Origin: Thermoflexus hugenholtzii JAD2
GTDB lineage: Bacteria > Chloroflexota > Limnocylindria > Limnocylindrales > Limnocylindraceae
Assembly: GCA_945862225.1 (NCBI GenBank)
Contig: CAMAXG010000003.1
Span: 1-45,996, forward strand
Direction of reading: 5' to 3'
DNA: 45,996 nucleotides
Shown in pieces: positions 1 through 8,526 of this stretch. How positions within the stretch are numbered: the stretch's first letter is position 1; the number at the start of each line of letters is the position of its first letter. The notes under the pieces are model-generated. The model did no database searches. It was not told where the DNA came from and saw only the letters and a list, made by a program, of their open reading frames with translations. The position numbers and the translations under genes were made by a program.

Positions 1-739
1 GGTTACCTACATGCTCGACGGCATCCTCGACCATCGCGATAGCAACGGTGGAGGCGGACGCATTAGTGATGGCGATACGCAGTGGATGACCGCCGGCGGC
101 GGCATCTTGCACATCGAGACACCACCAGAGTTCTTGGTCGCGAGCGGCGGCCTCTTTCACGGATTCCAACTCTGGGTGAATCTGCCGCGCGCCAAGAAGT
201 GGTCGCCACCCGCCTACCAAGACATCCGTTCAAGCGAGGTAAAACTGCTCGCCTCCCCCGATGGCGGCACCCTCCTGCGCTTGATTGCTGGTGATGTTGG
301 TGGCCACAGCGGACCTGGCTCCACACAAACGCCGATCGCCCTGGTGCACGCAACGCTGCAGCCTGGTGCCGAGCTCGACCTGCCGTGGCGCCCCGACTTC
401 AATGCACTCGTCTACGCCCTCTCTGGCCGCGGCACTGTTGGCGCCGAGCGCGTCGGTATTCAGGCAGGGCAGCTCGCCGTCTACGGCGCGGGTGATCGCA
501 TCGTCGTCAAGGCCTCCGAGCATCAGGACCAGCGCACCCCTGCACTCGACGTGCTGATCCTTGGCGGGCTCCCAATCAAGGAGCCGGTTGCTTGGCTCGG
601 ACCATTCGTCATGAACACGCGCGACGAGGTGGTCCAGGCCTTCGAGGATTACCAGGCTGGAAAGCTCGGCGTGATCCCCGCCGCCCATAGCAATCCACAC
701 AACACACCAACGAGCGTCGTGGAGTCGGGGCACGAGTAG
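1..739 (+). CDS. Pirin family protein (5' end truncated by window)
   Basis: The frame is open from base 2 (VTYMLDG...). Pirin motifs QWMTAGGGILHIE, GFQLWVNLP and GPFVMNT are present. Confidence 0.92.
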   Translation, partial: VTYMLDGILDHRDSNGGGGRISDGDTQWMTAGGGILHIETPPEFLVASGGLFHGFQLWVNLPRAKKWSPPAYQDIRSSEVKLLASPDGGTLLRLIAGDVGGHSGPGSTQTPIALVHATLQPGAELDLPWRPDFNALVYALSGRGTVGAERVGIQAGQLAVYGAGDRIVVKASEHQDQRTPALDVLILGGLPIKEPVAWLGPFVMNTRDEVVQAFEDYQAGKLGVIPAAHSNPHNTPTSVVESGHE

Positions 740-741
740 GG

Positions 742-1389
742 GTGGAGATCTTTCTCCTTGGCGCCGCACTCGCCTTCTCCATCAATATTGAACTCGGTGT
801 CGTCAACGTCATGATCGTGCGCACCGCGATCGATCGTGGAGCATGGCCCGCCCTTCTCATCGGCCTCGGCTCTTGTATCGGCGATGTGATCTGGGCCTGT
901 GCTGGCGCACTCGGAATCAGCGCCCTACTTCAGTGGCCACCCGCGGCCTGGGTGCTCTGGCTCGGCGGCAGCGCCATCCTCTGCTGGTTCGCCGCTGCCG
1001 CGCTGCGCGACGCTGTGCGCGGCGGCTCAATTGATGACTCATCACCACTCCGTCGCGCCACCGGGCTGCGTGCCGTCGGGCTTGGCCTTGGCGTTGCCCT
1101 CAGCTCTCCTACGTTGATCTTGTGGACCGCCACCGTCGGCGGCAGCGTCGTCGCCTCGCAGGCAACGAGCATCGCCGGATTCATCCCATTCATCTCTGGA
1201 TTCGCAACGGCGGCGGTGTTGCACTCTGTTGTGCTCGCCGGCGTAGTCGGCGCAACGCGTCGCTTCACTGGACCGCGTACGATTCGCGCTGTCGCACTGA
1301 TCTCTGCACTGATGTTTGCCGCGTTCGCGATTGGAATCTTTGTTGACGGTGCAAACCGTCTTGCGTTGCCACTGCTCGCGGGGAACTAG
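742..1389 (+). CDS. LysE/RhtB family amino acid exporter
   Basis: 215 aa hydrophobic protein with a LysE-type N-terminus (GVVNVMIVRTAIDRG...GLGSCIGD) and about 6 TM segments. GTG start 2 nt after the pirin stop. Confidence 0.8.
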   Translation: MEIFLLGAALAFSINIELGVVNVMIVRTAIDRGAWPALLIGLGSCIGDVIWACAGALGISALLQWPPAAWVLWLGGSAILCWFAAAALRDAVRGGSIDDSSPLRRATGLRAVGLGLGVALSSPTLILWTATVGGSVVASQATSIAGFIPFISGFATAAVLHSVVLAGVVGATRRFTGPRTIRAVALISALMFAAFAIGIFVDGANRLALPLLAGN

Positions 1390-1399
1390 TCCGAGCGCG

Positions 1400-1927
1400 T
1401 CACGAGTTGATCGGCTCCGCGTTTTTCGCTGCGATTTTTAGGAGGTCTTTCGTGAAGCGCTCCATCTCGCTGACGGGGAGTGCGCCACCGAATCGTTCCG
1501 CAACTGCTGCGAGGTGCCCCGGCGCAACAGCCTTGAACGTTCGCACGCCGAGTGGGGTCAGAGTTGCCCAATGCACGCGACCATCTTCGGTGCAGCGGCG
1601 ACGTGTGACCCACCCATTGATTGCGAGTCGATCAATTCGGCGCGTCAGTCCGCTCTTTGAGATGAGGGCTGCATCGGCAAGTTCGCTCATGCGCAGTCGG
1701 TAGTCCTCAGATCGAACCAACTGCGCCAGCACATCAAAGTCGGCAAGGCTCATCCCTGAACTCTCCATGAGCTCAGCGGAGAGGGCGCGCGTCACGCGGC
1801 CGTAGGCCGTGAGCAGCGCGATCCAGGCTTTCGCAACCGTGGGGTCGAGCAGCTTCGACGCGTCGGTACCAAGCACTGCGGAGAGTGCTTCAATTTCGGC
1901 GCTGACGGGTTTGTTCGTTGTTGCCAT
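1400..1927 (-). CDS. MarR family transcriptional regulator
   Basis: Winged-HTH motifs LRMSELADAALISKSGLTRRIDRL and DGRVHWATLTPLG. The ATG at 1927 is chosen over the ORF-track start at 1951. Confidence 0.9.
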   Translation of the reverse strand: MATTNKPVSAEIEALSAVLGTDASKLLDPTVAKAWIALLTAYGRVTRALSAELMESSGMSLADFDVLAQLVRSEDYRLRMSELADAALISKSGLTRRIDRLAINGWVTRRRCTEDGRVHWATLTPLGVRTFKAVAPGHLAAVAERFGGALPVSEMERFTKDLLKIAAKNAEPINS

Positions 1928-1936
1928 TGCTTGCAA

Positions 1937-1954
1937 TAGTTGCACTTGCAATCA
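1937..1954. promoter_or_regulatory. Putative MarR operator 1 (TAGTTGCA-CT-TGCAATCA)
   Basis: Imperfect 18 bp palindrome immediately upstream of the marR start; a second copy lies at 1971-1988. Confidence 0.65.
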
Positions 1955-1970
1955 TTTTGGTCAAGGGGTA

Positions 1971-1988
1971 TGGTTGCGTCTGCAACTA
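1971..1988. promoter_or_regulatory. Putative MarR operator 2 (TGGTTGCG-TC-TGCAACTA)
   Basis: Same consensus as operator 1. It overlaps a candidate -10 box (TATGGT, 1969-1974) for the LUD gene. Confidence 0.65.
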
Positions 1989-2029
1989 CCTGCGCGCTCG
2001 CACGGGGGTTGAGTTGAAGGAGGTCCACG

Positions 2030-2641
2030 ATGTCAGCAGCACGATTCAAGGAAGTGGCAGATAGCGCCAAGATCGATCGCGCCGTAGCGGCGCTCAATAA
2101 GCGCGGCTTCTCCGCGAAGGTCGTTGCCAACGGCGCCGCCGCCAAGGATGCAGTGCTCGCGCTGATTCCTGCCGGCTCGGAGGTCTTCACCTTCACCTCA
2201 GCGACGCTCGACACCGTTGGCCTCACCCAGGCGCTGAACGCAGCTCCGTACAAGAGCCTGCGCGACAAGATGTACGCCCTCGACCGCAACACGCAGAGCG
2301 CCGAAATGCGCGCCATCGGTTCGGCTCCAGCATTTGCCGTGGGTAGCGTGCACGCCATTACCGAAACGGGCGAACTGATGTTGGCCTCTGCAACCGGCTC
2401 ACAGCTTCCAGCGTATGCCTACGGTGCAGGCCACGTGGTCTTCGTCGTTGGCGCACAGAAGATCGTGAAGGATCTTGCCGAGGCAACGGAGCGGATCGCT
2501 ACCTATACCCTGCCGCTCGAAGATGTTCGCGCGCAGGCCGCCTACGGCGTAAACAGTGCCATCAACAAGACATTGACCCTTCACGGCGAGTTTCCAGGTC
2601 GCATTGACGTGGTGATTGTTGCCGAAGAGCTCGGCTTCTAA
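2030..2641 (+). CDS. LUD domain (lactate utilization, YkgG-like) protein
   Basis: Motifs GSVHAITETGELMLASATGSQL and VVGAQKIVKDL; strong SD AAGGAGG. Confidence 0.8.
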   Translation: MSAARFKEVADSAKIDRAVAALNKRGFSAKVVANGAAAKDAVLALIPAGSEVFTFTSATLDTVGLTQALNAAPYKSLRDKMYALDRNTQSAEMRAIGSAPAFAVGSVHAITETGELMLASATGSQLPAYAYGAGHVVFVVGAQKIVKDLAEATERIATYTLPLEDVRAQAAYGVNSAINKTLTLHGEFPGRIDVVIVAEELGF

Positions 2642-3051
2642 TGCTGGCCGCAGTCAATCGCGGCGCAGCACTCGCCGCAATCGGCAATCTTGCTCTGTGG
2701 ATCGCGGTCTCGATCGTCGGCATTGTGCCGCCGATTGGAGAATCGGTCCCGACGGTCGCTGGCGTTGCGTTTGCGTCTGCCGGCGGCGTTGCTGCGGCCA
2801 GCCTCGTGGCGCGGATCTTTGTCGGCACATGGCGCCGCTACATTTGGGATCGCGCTGCACTTGTCGTCTTGCTGATGTCGTTCGGCTCGCCGCTCGGCTT
2901 GGCTCTGGGAGTGATTCCAGTTTCGCCAATTGATCCAACAAACGAGCTGTTGATTTCGTTCAAGGATGGGATCGCGCTGATCTATGCCGTGATGCATGTC
3001 ACGACGTACCTCGCGGTGCAGCGTACGGTTGCCAAAGAGTTCAGTGCGTAA
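2641..3051 (+). CDS. Hypothetical membrane protein (about 4 TM)
   Basis: TAATG coupling with the LUD gene; hydrophobic 136 aa. Confidence 0.65.
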   Translation: MLAAVNRGAALAAIGNLALWIAVSIVGIVPPIGESVPTVAGVAFASAGGVAAASLVARIFVGTWRRYIWDRAALVVLLMSFGSPLGLALGVIPVSPIDPTNELLISFKDGIALIYAVMHVTTYLAVQRTVAKEFSA

Positions 3052-3128
3052 GTTCGCTTGAGAAGTGGGGCTGACCCGCTTGGGGCGATCCATCGCACTA
3101 TCAACGGCGCTCCGCTACGCTGCTGGGC

Positions 3129-3974
3129 ATGAGCTTTGATCCGCTTGGTCCACTACACGCGCAACCGCGACTGGTCACCTTCATGACCGACTTCGGCCTG
3201 CGCGACCCCTCCGCCGGGGTCCTTTCGGGCGTGGTGCTCGGGATCGCCCCAGATGCGCGAACCCTTGACCTCACCCACGCGATCCCCCCCTATGACGTGG
3301 AGGCGGGGGCTGAGGCGCTCGTCGAGTCGCTCGTGCACCTGCCAATCGGCGCCCATGTGGCGGTGGTGGATCCGGGCGTGGGCACCCAGCGCCGACCGAT
3401 CGCCATTCGCTGCGGGCGTGGTGATGCCCTGATCGGCCCAGACAACGGACTCCTGCTCCCTGCCGCAGCGGCGCTTGGCGGCGCGGTGGCAGCGGTCATC
3501 CTTGATGACGAGCGCTGGTGGGGCTCGAGCCGCTCACACACCTTCCACGGCCGCGACCTCTTTGCGCCAGTCGCAGCGCACCTCGCCGCGGGCATCCCCT
3601 TCGGCGACCTCGGTACGCCGATCTCCCCCAGCGACCTTGTCCCCGCATCCAAGCTGCCGATTGAGATCGGCGCCGGTGTCTTGAACACATCAGTTCGCAT
3701 CGTGGATGGTTTCGGCACGTTGGTGCTCACGGGCGATCGCCAAGCCATTGAAGCGTCAGTTGGTGCCCTGACCGCCGGGGAGCCGCTCAAGATCAGTGTT
3801 GGCGACAAGCAGCTGACAACCGTCTGGGCCAACCGCTTCGGCGACGTGCCTGAGCAGGAGCCCCTCTGCTACATCGACTCGGCTGGGCGGCTCGCGCTGG
3901 CAATCAACCGTGGCAGCGCCGCCGAGCGATATGGTGCAGTTCGCCGAACTCCTGTGGTGATTACCCGCGCATAG
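3129..3974 (+). CDS. DUF62 SAM hydroxide adenosyltransferase (SAM hydrolase; halogenase superfamily)
   Basis: Motifs TDFG, VVDPGVGT, GPDNGLL, TFHGRDLFAP, DGFG and LAINRGSAA. TACGCT lies 7 nt before the ATG. Confidence 0.88.
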   Translation: MSFDPLGPLHAQPRLVTFMTDFGLRDPSAGVLSGVVLGIAPDARTLDLTHAIPPYDVEAGAEALVESLVHLPIGAHVAVVDPGVGTQRRPIAIRCGRGDALIGPDNGLLLPAAAALGGAVAAVILDDERWWGSSRSHTFHGRDLFAPVAAHLAAGIPFGDLGTPISPSDLVPASKLPIEIGAGVLNTSVRIVDGFGTLVLTGDRQAIEASVGALTAGEPLKISVGDKQLTTVWANRFGDVPEQEPLCYIDSAGRLALAINRGSAAERYGAVRRTPVVITRA

Positions 3975-4014
3975 CTCGGTTTCCAGCCACCACCCCCCTG
4001 CTATCCTTCCGCTC

Positions 4015-4098
4015 GTGGGGGCACAACGTCGACGGCGCGCCGCGCGCCGATCACCGCCCCACCGTCGCACTGACGCTGTGTCAGATCGTCGCCAATAG
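4015..4098 (+). CDS. Putative leaderless Arg-rich leader peptide (MGAQRRRRAARRSPPHRRTDAVSDRRQ)
   Basis: TATCCT (4002-4007) plus 7 nt plus GTG; 10 of 27 codons are Arg; the stop is 9 nt before the SD of the ABC substrate-binding gene. Confidence 0.5.
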   Translation: MGAQRRRRAARRSPPHRRTDAVSDRRQ

Positions 4099-4120
4099 CG
4101 GCTGTACAGGAGGTATGGAT

Positions 4121-5041
4121 ATGAGCACAACGCGCTCACGCATCGCAATCGGCCAGACCACACGTATGGCGGCCGTGGTCATGGCGATGGCGATGTTCCT
4201 CGCCGCCTGTGGCGGCTCCGCAGCTTCACCATCAGCATCTGTTGACGCTTCATGCGCAAAAGACACGTTGGCACTGAAGACCGCAGGGAAGCTCACCCTC
4301 TCCACTGACAACCCGGCCTACAGCCCGTGGTTCCAGGGTGGTAATGAGGGCGCCACGGTGTGGACCGGTGATTACAACAATGATCCAGTAAAGGGCCAGG
4401 GCTATGAAGGTGCAGTGGCGTACGCCGTTGCCGCCAAGCTCGGATTCACTGCCGACGAGGTTGTGTGGATTCACACCACCTTCGACAATTCGTACGCCCC
4501 TGGGGCAAAGAGCTTCGACCTCTACTTGGCTCAGGTCTCGATTAAGCCAGAGCGCGCAGAGGCCGTAGATTTCAGCAGCGGCTACTACGACGCTGCTCAG
4601 GGTGTGGTGACGATCGAGGGTTCGCCAATTGCTGGTGCCACGAGCATTGCCGATCTAAAGACGGCGAAGCTTGGCGCAATGATCGGCACGACGAGCCTTG
4701 ATGCGATCAGCGAGACCATTAATCCAGACACGGAAGTCGCCGTGTTCAACACGAACGACGAGGCAGTTGCTGCGCTGAATGGCGGCATCATTGACGGCAT
4801 CGTGACCGACGTTCCAACTGCGTTCTACATGCGTGATGCACAGCTCACGGGCGGCATCATCGTTGGGCAGCTCCCTTCAGAGGGTGGCGCACAGGAGCAG
4901 TTCGGCATCGTGATTGAGAAGGACTCAGCACTCACGGCCTGTGTTTCAGCTGCTGTCGACGCCCTAAAGGCTGACGGCACGTTTGCAGCACTGCTCACGG
5001 AGTGGATCGCGGACAAGGCGAGCGCGCCAGTCCTGAAGTAA
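4121..5041 (+). CDS. Polar amino acid ABC transporter substrate-binding lipoprotein
   Basis: Lipobox LAAC and SBP_bac_3-like motifs (SIKPERAEAVDFSSGYY). SD AGGAGG at 4108-4113 favours the ATG at 4121. Confidence 0.9.
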   Translation: MSTTRSRIAIGQTTRMAAVVMAMAMFLAACGGSAASPSASVDASCAKDTLALKTAGKLTLSTDNPAYSPWFQGGNEGATVWTGDYNNDPVKGQGYEGAVAYAVAAKLGFTADEVVWIHTTFDNSYAPGAKSFDLYLAQVSIKPERAEAVDFSSGYYDAAQGVVTIEGSPIAGATSIADLKTAKLGAMIGTTSLDAISETINPDTEVAVFNTNDEAVAALNGGIIDGIVTDVPTAFYMRDAQLTGGIIVGQLPSEGGAQEQFGIVIEKDSALTACVSAAVDALKADGTFAALLTEWIADKASAPVLK

Positions 5042-5053
5042 GCGAATCGCACG

Positions 5054-5860
5054 ATGACGGCGGCGAGGTCAGCCCGTAAGGGAACCCTCGTCGCCGTCAT
5101 CAGCACACTCGTCGTCGCGACACTCGTCGCGATCTCCATCGGCTCATCGCCGAGCTGGCCACTCGTTCAGAAGGCCTTCTTCGACGGAACCTACTTCTCC
5201 TCCTCCCTCCCGGATGTGATTGGCGCATTCGCCATCAACATCCAGCTCTTCGTGCTGGCCGAGATCCTCATCCTGCCGATCGGACTCTTGATTGCACTCG
5301 CGCGATCGATCACCAATCCAGCCTTCACACCGCTGCGGATTTTCGCGACCATCTACACCGACTTCTTCCGTGGTGTGCCGAGCATCTTGCTCATTTACGT
5401 GCTCGGCTTCGGCGTGCCTGCGCTGCGCCTCCCTGGCGTGCCGAAGGAGCCCTTCTTCTGGGCACTCGTCACCTTGGTGCTGATCTACAGCGCCTACGTA
5501 AGCGAGGTCTACCGCGCCGGTATCGAGTCCATTCACCCATCGCAGGAGCGCGCCGCACGTGCGCTCGGCCTGACACGCTTCCAGGCGCTGCGCTACGTCG
5601 TGCTGCCGCAGGCGCTCCGGCGCGTCGTGCCACCGCTGTTGAATGACTTTATCGGCCTGCAGAAGGACACGGCGCTGGTCTCAATTCTCGGTGTCGTGGA
5701 AGCCTTCAAGCAGGCGCAGATCCTGAAGTCAGCCAACTTCAACTTCACCCCACTCATGGTGACCGCGCTGATCTTCTTGGTGATCACGATTCCAATGACG
5801 CGACTCGTTGATTGCCTCGCGGCGAAGGATCGTGCGACGCAGCAGGGAGGTACCCGCTGA
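5054..5860 (+). CDS. Polar amino acid ABC transporter permease
   Basis: FFRGVPSIL and the EAA loop SEVYRAGIESIHPSQERAARALGL. Confidence 0.92.
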   Translation: MTAARSARKGTLVAVISTLVVATLVAISIGSSPSWPLVQKAFFDGTYFSSSLPDVIGAFAINIQLFVLAEILILPIGLLIALARSITNPAFTPLRIFATIYTDFFRGVPSILLIYVLGFGVPALRLPGVPKEPFFWALVTLVLIYSAYVSEVYRAGIESIHPSQERAARALGLTRFQALRYVVLPQALRRVVPPLLNDFIGLQKDTALVSILGVVEAFKQAQILKSANFNFTPLMVTALIFLVITIPMTRLVDCLAAKDRATQQGGTR

Positions 5861-6642
5861 TGGCCCGCAAGGCGACGAAGCGGGCAGCTGCGCCAGTGCT
5901 GGAGCTGCGCGGCCTCTCGAAGCGCTACGGGCGCCCCCTGGTGCTCGACAAGATTGATCTCTCACTCGCCGAACACGAGGTCGTCTGCCTGATCGGCGCA
6001 TCAGGTTCGGGGAAATCAACGCTGTTGCGCTGCGCCGACCTACTCGAGCCGATTGACGCCGGCAGCATCACGCTCGACGGGGGCACGGTGAGCGCTGATG
6101 ACCGCGATGCAGACGCGACGCGACGTCAGCTCGGGATCGTCTTCCAGGGGTTCAGCCTCTTCCCGCATCTCACCGCCCTGGAGAATGTGGCGCTTGCTCC
6201 GCGCGTAGCGCTCGGCCTGACCACCGCTGCGGCGGAGAAGCGTGCCCGCGCACTCTTGAAGCAGCTCGGGCTTGCCGCAAAAGCGAACGCGTACCCAGAC
6301 AGCCTCTCGGGTGGACAGCAGCAGCGCGTTGCCATTGCGCGTGCATTAGCGACGGAGCCAAAGGTCTTGTTGCTTGATGAGATCACCAGCGCGCTCGACC
6401 CGGTCTTAGTTGCCGATGTGCTTGAAGCGCTGCGCGCACTCGCAAAGGGCGGCATGACGATGCTCATCGCAACGCATGAGATGGCCTTTGCCGCCGACGT
6501 CGCCGATCGCATCTGCTATCTCGAGGGTGGACGAATTGTGGAAGAGGGAAGCCCAGAGAAGATCTTCAAGGCACCACGAGACCCACGAACGCGCGCGTTC
6601 CTGAAGCGGGTGCGCTCTGTTGGGGCAAGCGCCCTTCGCTAA
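5860..6642 (+). CDS. Polar amino acid ABC transporter ATP-binding protein
   Basis: Walker A GASGSGKS, LSGGQQQR and LLLDEITSALD; TGATG overlap with the permease. Confidence 0.92.
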   Translation: MARKATKRAAAPVLELRGLSKRYGRPLVLDKIDLSLAEHEVVCLIGASGSGKSTLLRCADLLEPIDAGSITLDGGTVSADDRDADATRRQLGIVFQGFSLFPHLTALENVALAPRVALGLTTAAAEKRARALLKQLGLAAKANAYPDSLSGGQQQRVAIARALATEPKVLLLDEITSALDPVLVADVLEALRALAKGGMTMLIATHEMAFAADVADRICYLEGGRIVEEGSPEKIFKAPRDPRTRAFLKRVRSVGASALR

Positions 6643-6689
6643 GTGCTGGTGGTACGCCACCAATACGTGGGTCGCGATAGGGTGAACTC

Positions 6690-7229
6690 ATGAGCCGTAT
6701 GTATCGCGTCAAGATCGCCGGGCGTTGGACCGAGGCGCCGAAGTGGGCGCTCGACCTCCCCTTTGAAGTTCGACCGATGCGTGGCTTCACTGTTGCTGCA
6801 TGGCCGCACTGGCGCCCAACGCTCGAGCTCCTCGCAAAAGCTACCGCGCGTGCCAAGCGAAAACTTGAGTGGGTGCGCATTCACGACCACACCGGAACGC
6901 GACGTGAACCATCGCATCCGTTTGGTTGGGTGATCACTGAAGCGGGTGAAATGTTCCTCTGCTCGTACGACAAGGGGACCGCGCTGCATGAGCTTGCGCA
7001 CCTCATCAGTGGCGATTCGCATGGTGATGCGTGGGCGCGGAAGTGCTTTGAACTGCATCGCACCTGGTTACGCGGGGCGGCAATTAAGGCGGCTGACCTT
7101 GAGGTGACGCGCTATCTCTCTGGGCGACGTGAGTGGAAACGACGATTTGGCGAGCGTCCACCGAAGCAGCCGGTGCCGAAAAGCTCCTGGGTTAGCGAGG
7201 GTCGACGGGCGGCGGCAGCAGGGCGGTAA
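6690..7229 (+). CDS. Small basic protein with HEXXH zinc motif (SprT/WLM-like zincin)
   Basis: ALHELAHLISGDSHGDAW; TAGGGT 6 nt before the ATG. Confidence 0.6.
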   Translation: MSRMYRVKIAGRWTEAPKWALDLPFEVRPMRGFTVAAWPHWRPTLELLAKATARAKRKLEWVRIHDHTGTRREPSHPFGWVITEAGEMFLCSYDKGTALHELAHLISGDSHGDAWARKCFELHRTWLRGAAIKAADLEVTRYLSGRREWKRRFGERPPKQPVPKSSWVSEGRRAAAAGR

Positions 7230-8424
7230 GTCGCTGCACATAGGCGGCACCAGCCGCCTCCCAGCTGAGACCGCCCTGAATCGCTGCGAGGCCAGACGCA
7301 ATGCGACTCGCGCGTTCTGCTGGATCTGACGCTAGCCGTCTGATCACAGTGGCAGCCTCCTCAGCACTCCCCGACGCGTAGCGTGCGACCGACTCTTCTG
7401 GGACGAGGTCGTCAAGCGTCTTGAGCCGTGTCCCTAGTACAAGTCGACCACTTGCCATCCCTTCAAACACCTTGTTTGAGATTGAGAGATCGGTGAACTC
7501 GTCGAGACGCGTTGGTGCCAAGGCAATGTCGGCGCCTCGAATGAGCGCCGGCACCGCTTCAAATGGGACACGGCCCAAGAATTCCACCGCATCCGCGACC
7601 CCAAGTTCTGCGGCAAGTGCCTGGAGGGCCTGCTCACGATCGCCGCGTCCCGCAACAACCAGGTGCACTGGAAGCGGTGCTGGCGCAGCGCGCAGGAGCG
7701 CGACGGCGCGAATGATGACGTCGACCTCGTAGATCGGCGTCAGCGCGCCGGTATAGACAAGGCGGACCGTTCCATCTGACATCCAGGTTCGATCGCCTGC
7801 TGTTGCGGCGGCGAATCGTTGCGTCTCGGGAACGTTGAGGAGCACCTCCACCGCATCGGCGCGTCGCGGTGCGATCTTGACTAGACGATCGCGCAGGCGT
7901 GGAGCGGTGACAAAGACCCAATCGGCGATGGCGATGGAGCGGCGTTCAGCGAACGCGACGAACGAGATCAGTGCACGCGCTGTGAAGCGCGTGAGGAGCG
8001 AGCGCGACGATCGCGCGAAGCGCATGCGGAAGAGTTCCGGGGACGCTTCGTGCAGGTCAAGGATCAGGCCGATGCGGTGGCGTCGGCGCAGCGGCACGGC
8101 GGCAAAGACGAGCCAGTCTGGGACGCTGTTGGTATGGACGACGTCGATCGGATGATCGCAGTCGATGCGGAGCAGTTGGCGCGCGGCCAGCACAGCGAAG
8201 CGACCGTACTCAACGACGTAGGTGCTGATCCCCGCCCCTTGGTGCCGCTGAACGGGCTGGCGGTAGAGCTGGGCACCGTCGAGATCACCTCGTGCGGGAT
8301 CGCCGTCGCGCTGCAGGGAGATGATGCTGACCCGCCAACCGGCGGCAACCGCGGCGCGGGCGGCGCGGCGAACGCGCGGATCTTCATCTACGTACGAGTG
8401 CACCACGAGTGCCAGGTGTGGCAT
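7192..8424 (-). CDS. Glycosyltransferase family 4
   Basis: DPRVRR N-terminus, LDLHE, YTGAL and SNKVFEGMASG. Start placed at MPHLALVVHS. The 3' end overlaps the convergent upstream gene by 38 nt. Confidence 0.88.
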   Translation of the reverse strand: MPHLALVVHSYVDEDPRVRRAARAAVAAGWRVSIISLQRDGDPARGDLDGAQLYRQPVQRHQGAGISTYVVEYGRFAVLAARQLLRIDCDHPIDVVHTNSVPDWLVFAAVPLRRRHRIGLILDLHEASPELFRMRFARSSRSLLTRFTARALISFVAFAERRSIAIADWVFVTAPRLRDRLVKIAPRRADAVEVLLNVPETQRFAAATAGDRTWMSDGTVRLVYTGALTPIYEVDVIIRAVALLRAAPAPLPVHLVVAGRGDREQALQALAAELGVADAVEFLGRVPFEAVPALIRGADIALAPTRLDEFTDLSISNKVFEGMASGRLVLGTRLKTLDDLVPEESVARYASGSAEEAATVIRRLASDPAERASRIASGLAAIQGGLSWEAAGAAYVQRLTALLPPPVDPR

Positions 8425-8526
8425 GAATCCCCTCGCCTTCTCTGAATAACTCTGGGCGATCGTAGCAGGGGCTCCCCGCGCATCAGGCACGCAGGTGGGG
8501 AGCGAAACCCGTACACTCACCGCCTT

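Noticed and set aside
3129-3974. DUF62 gene as a fluorinase/chlorinase
   Set aside because: It keeps the Asp/Arg/His residues typical of SAM hydrolases (VVDPG, RR, TFHGRD), and no halometabolite cluster is nearby.
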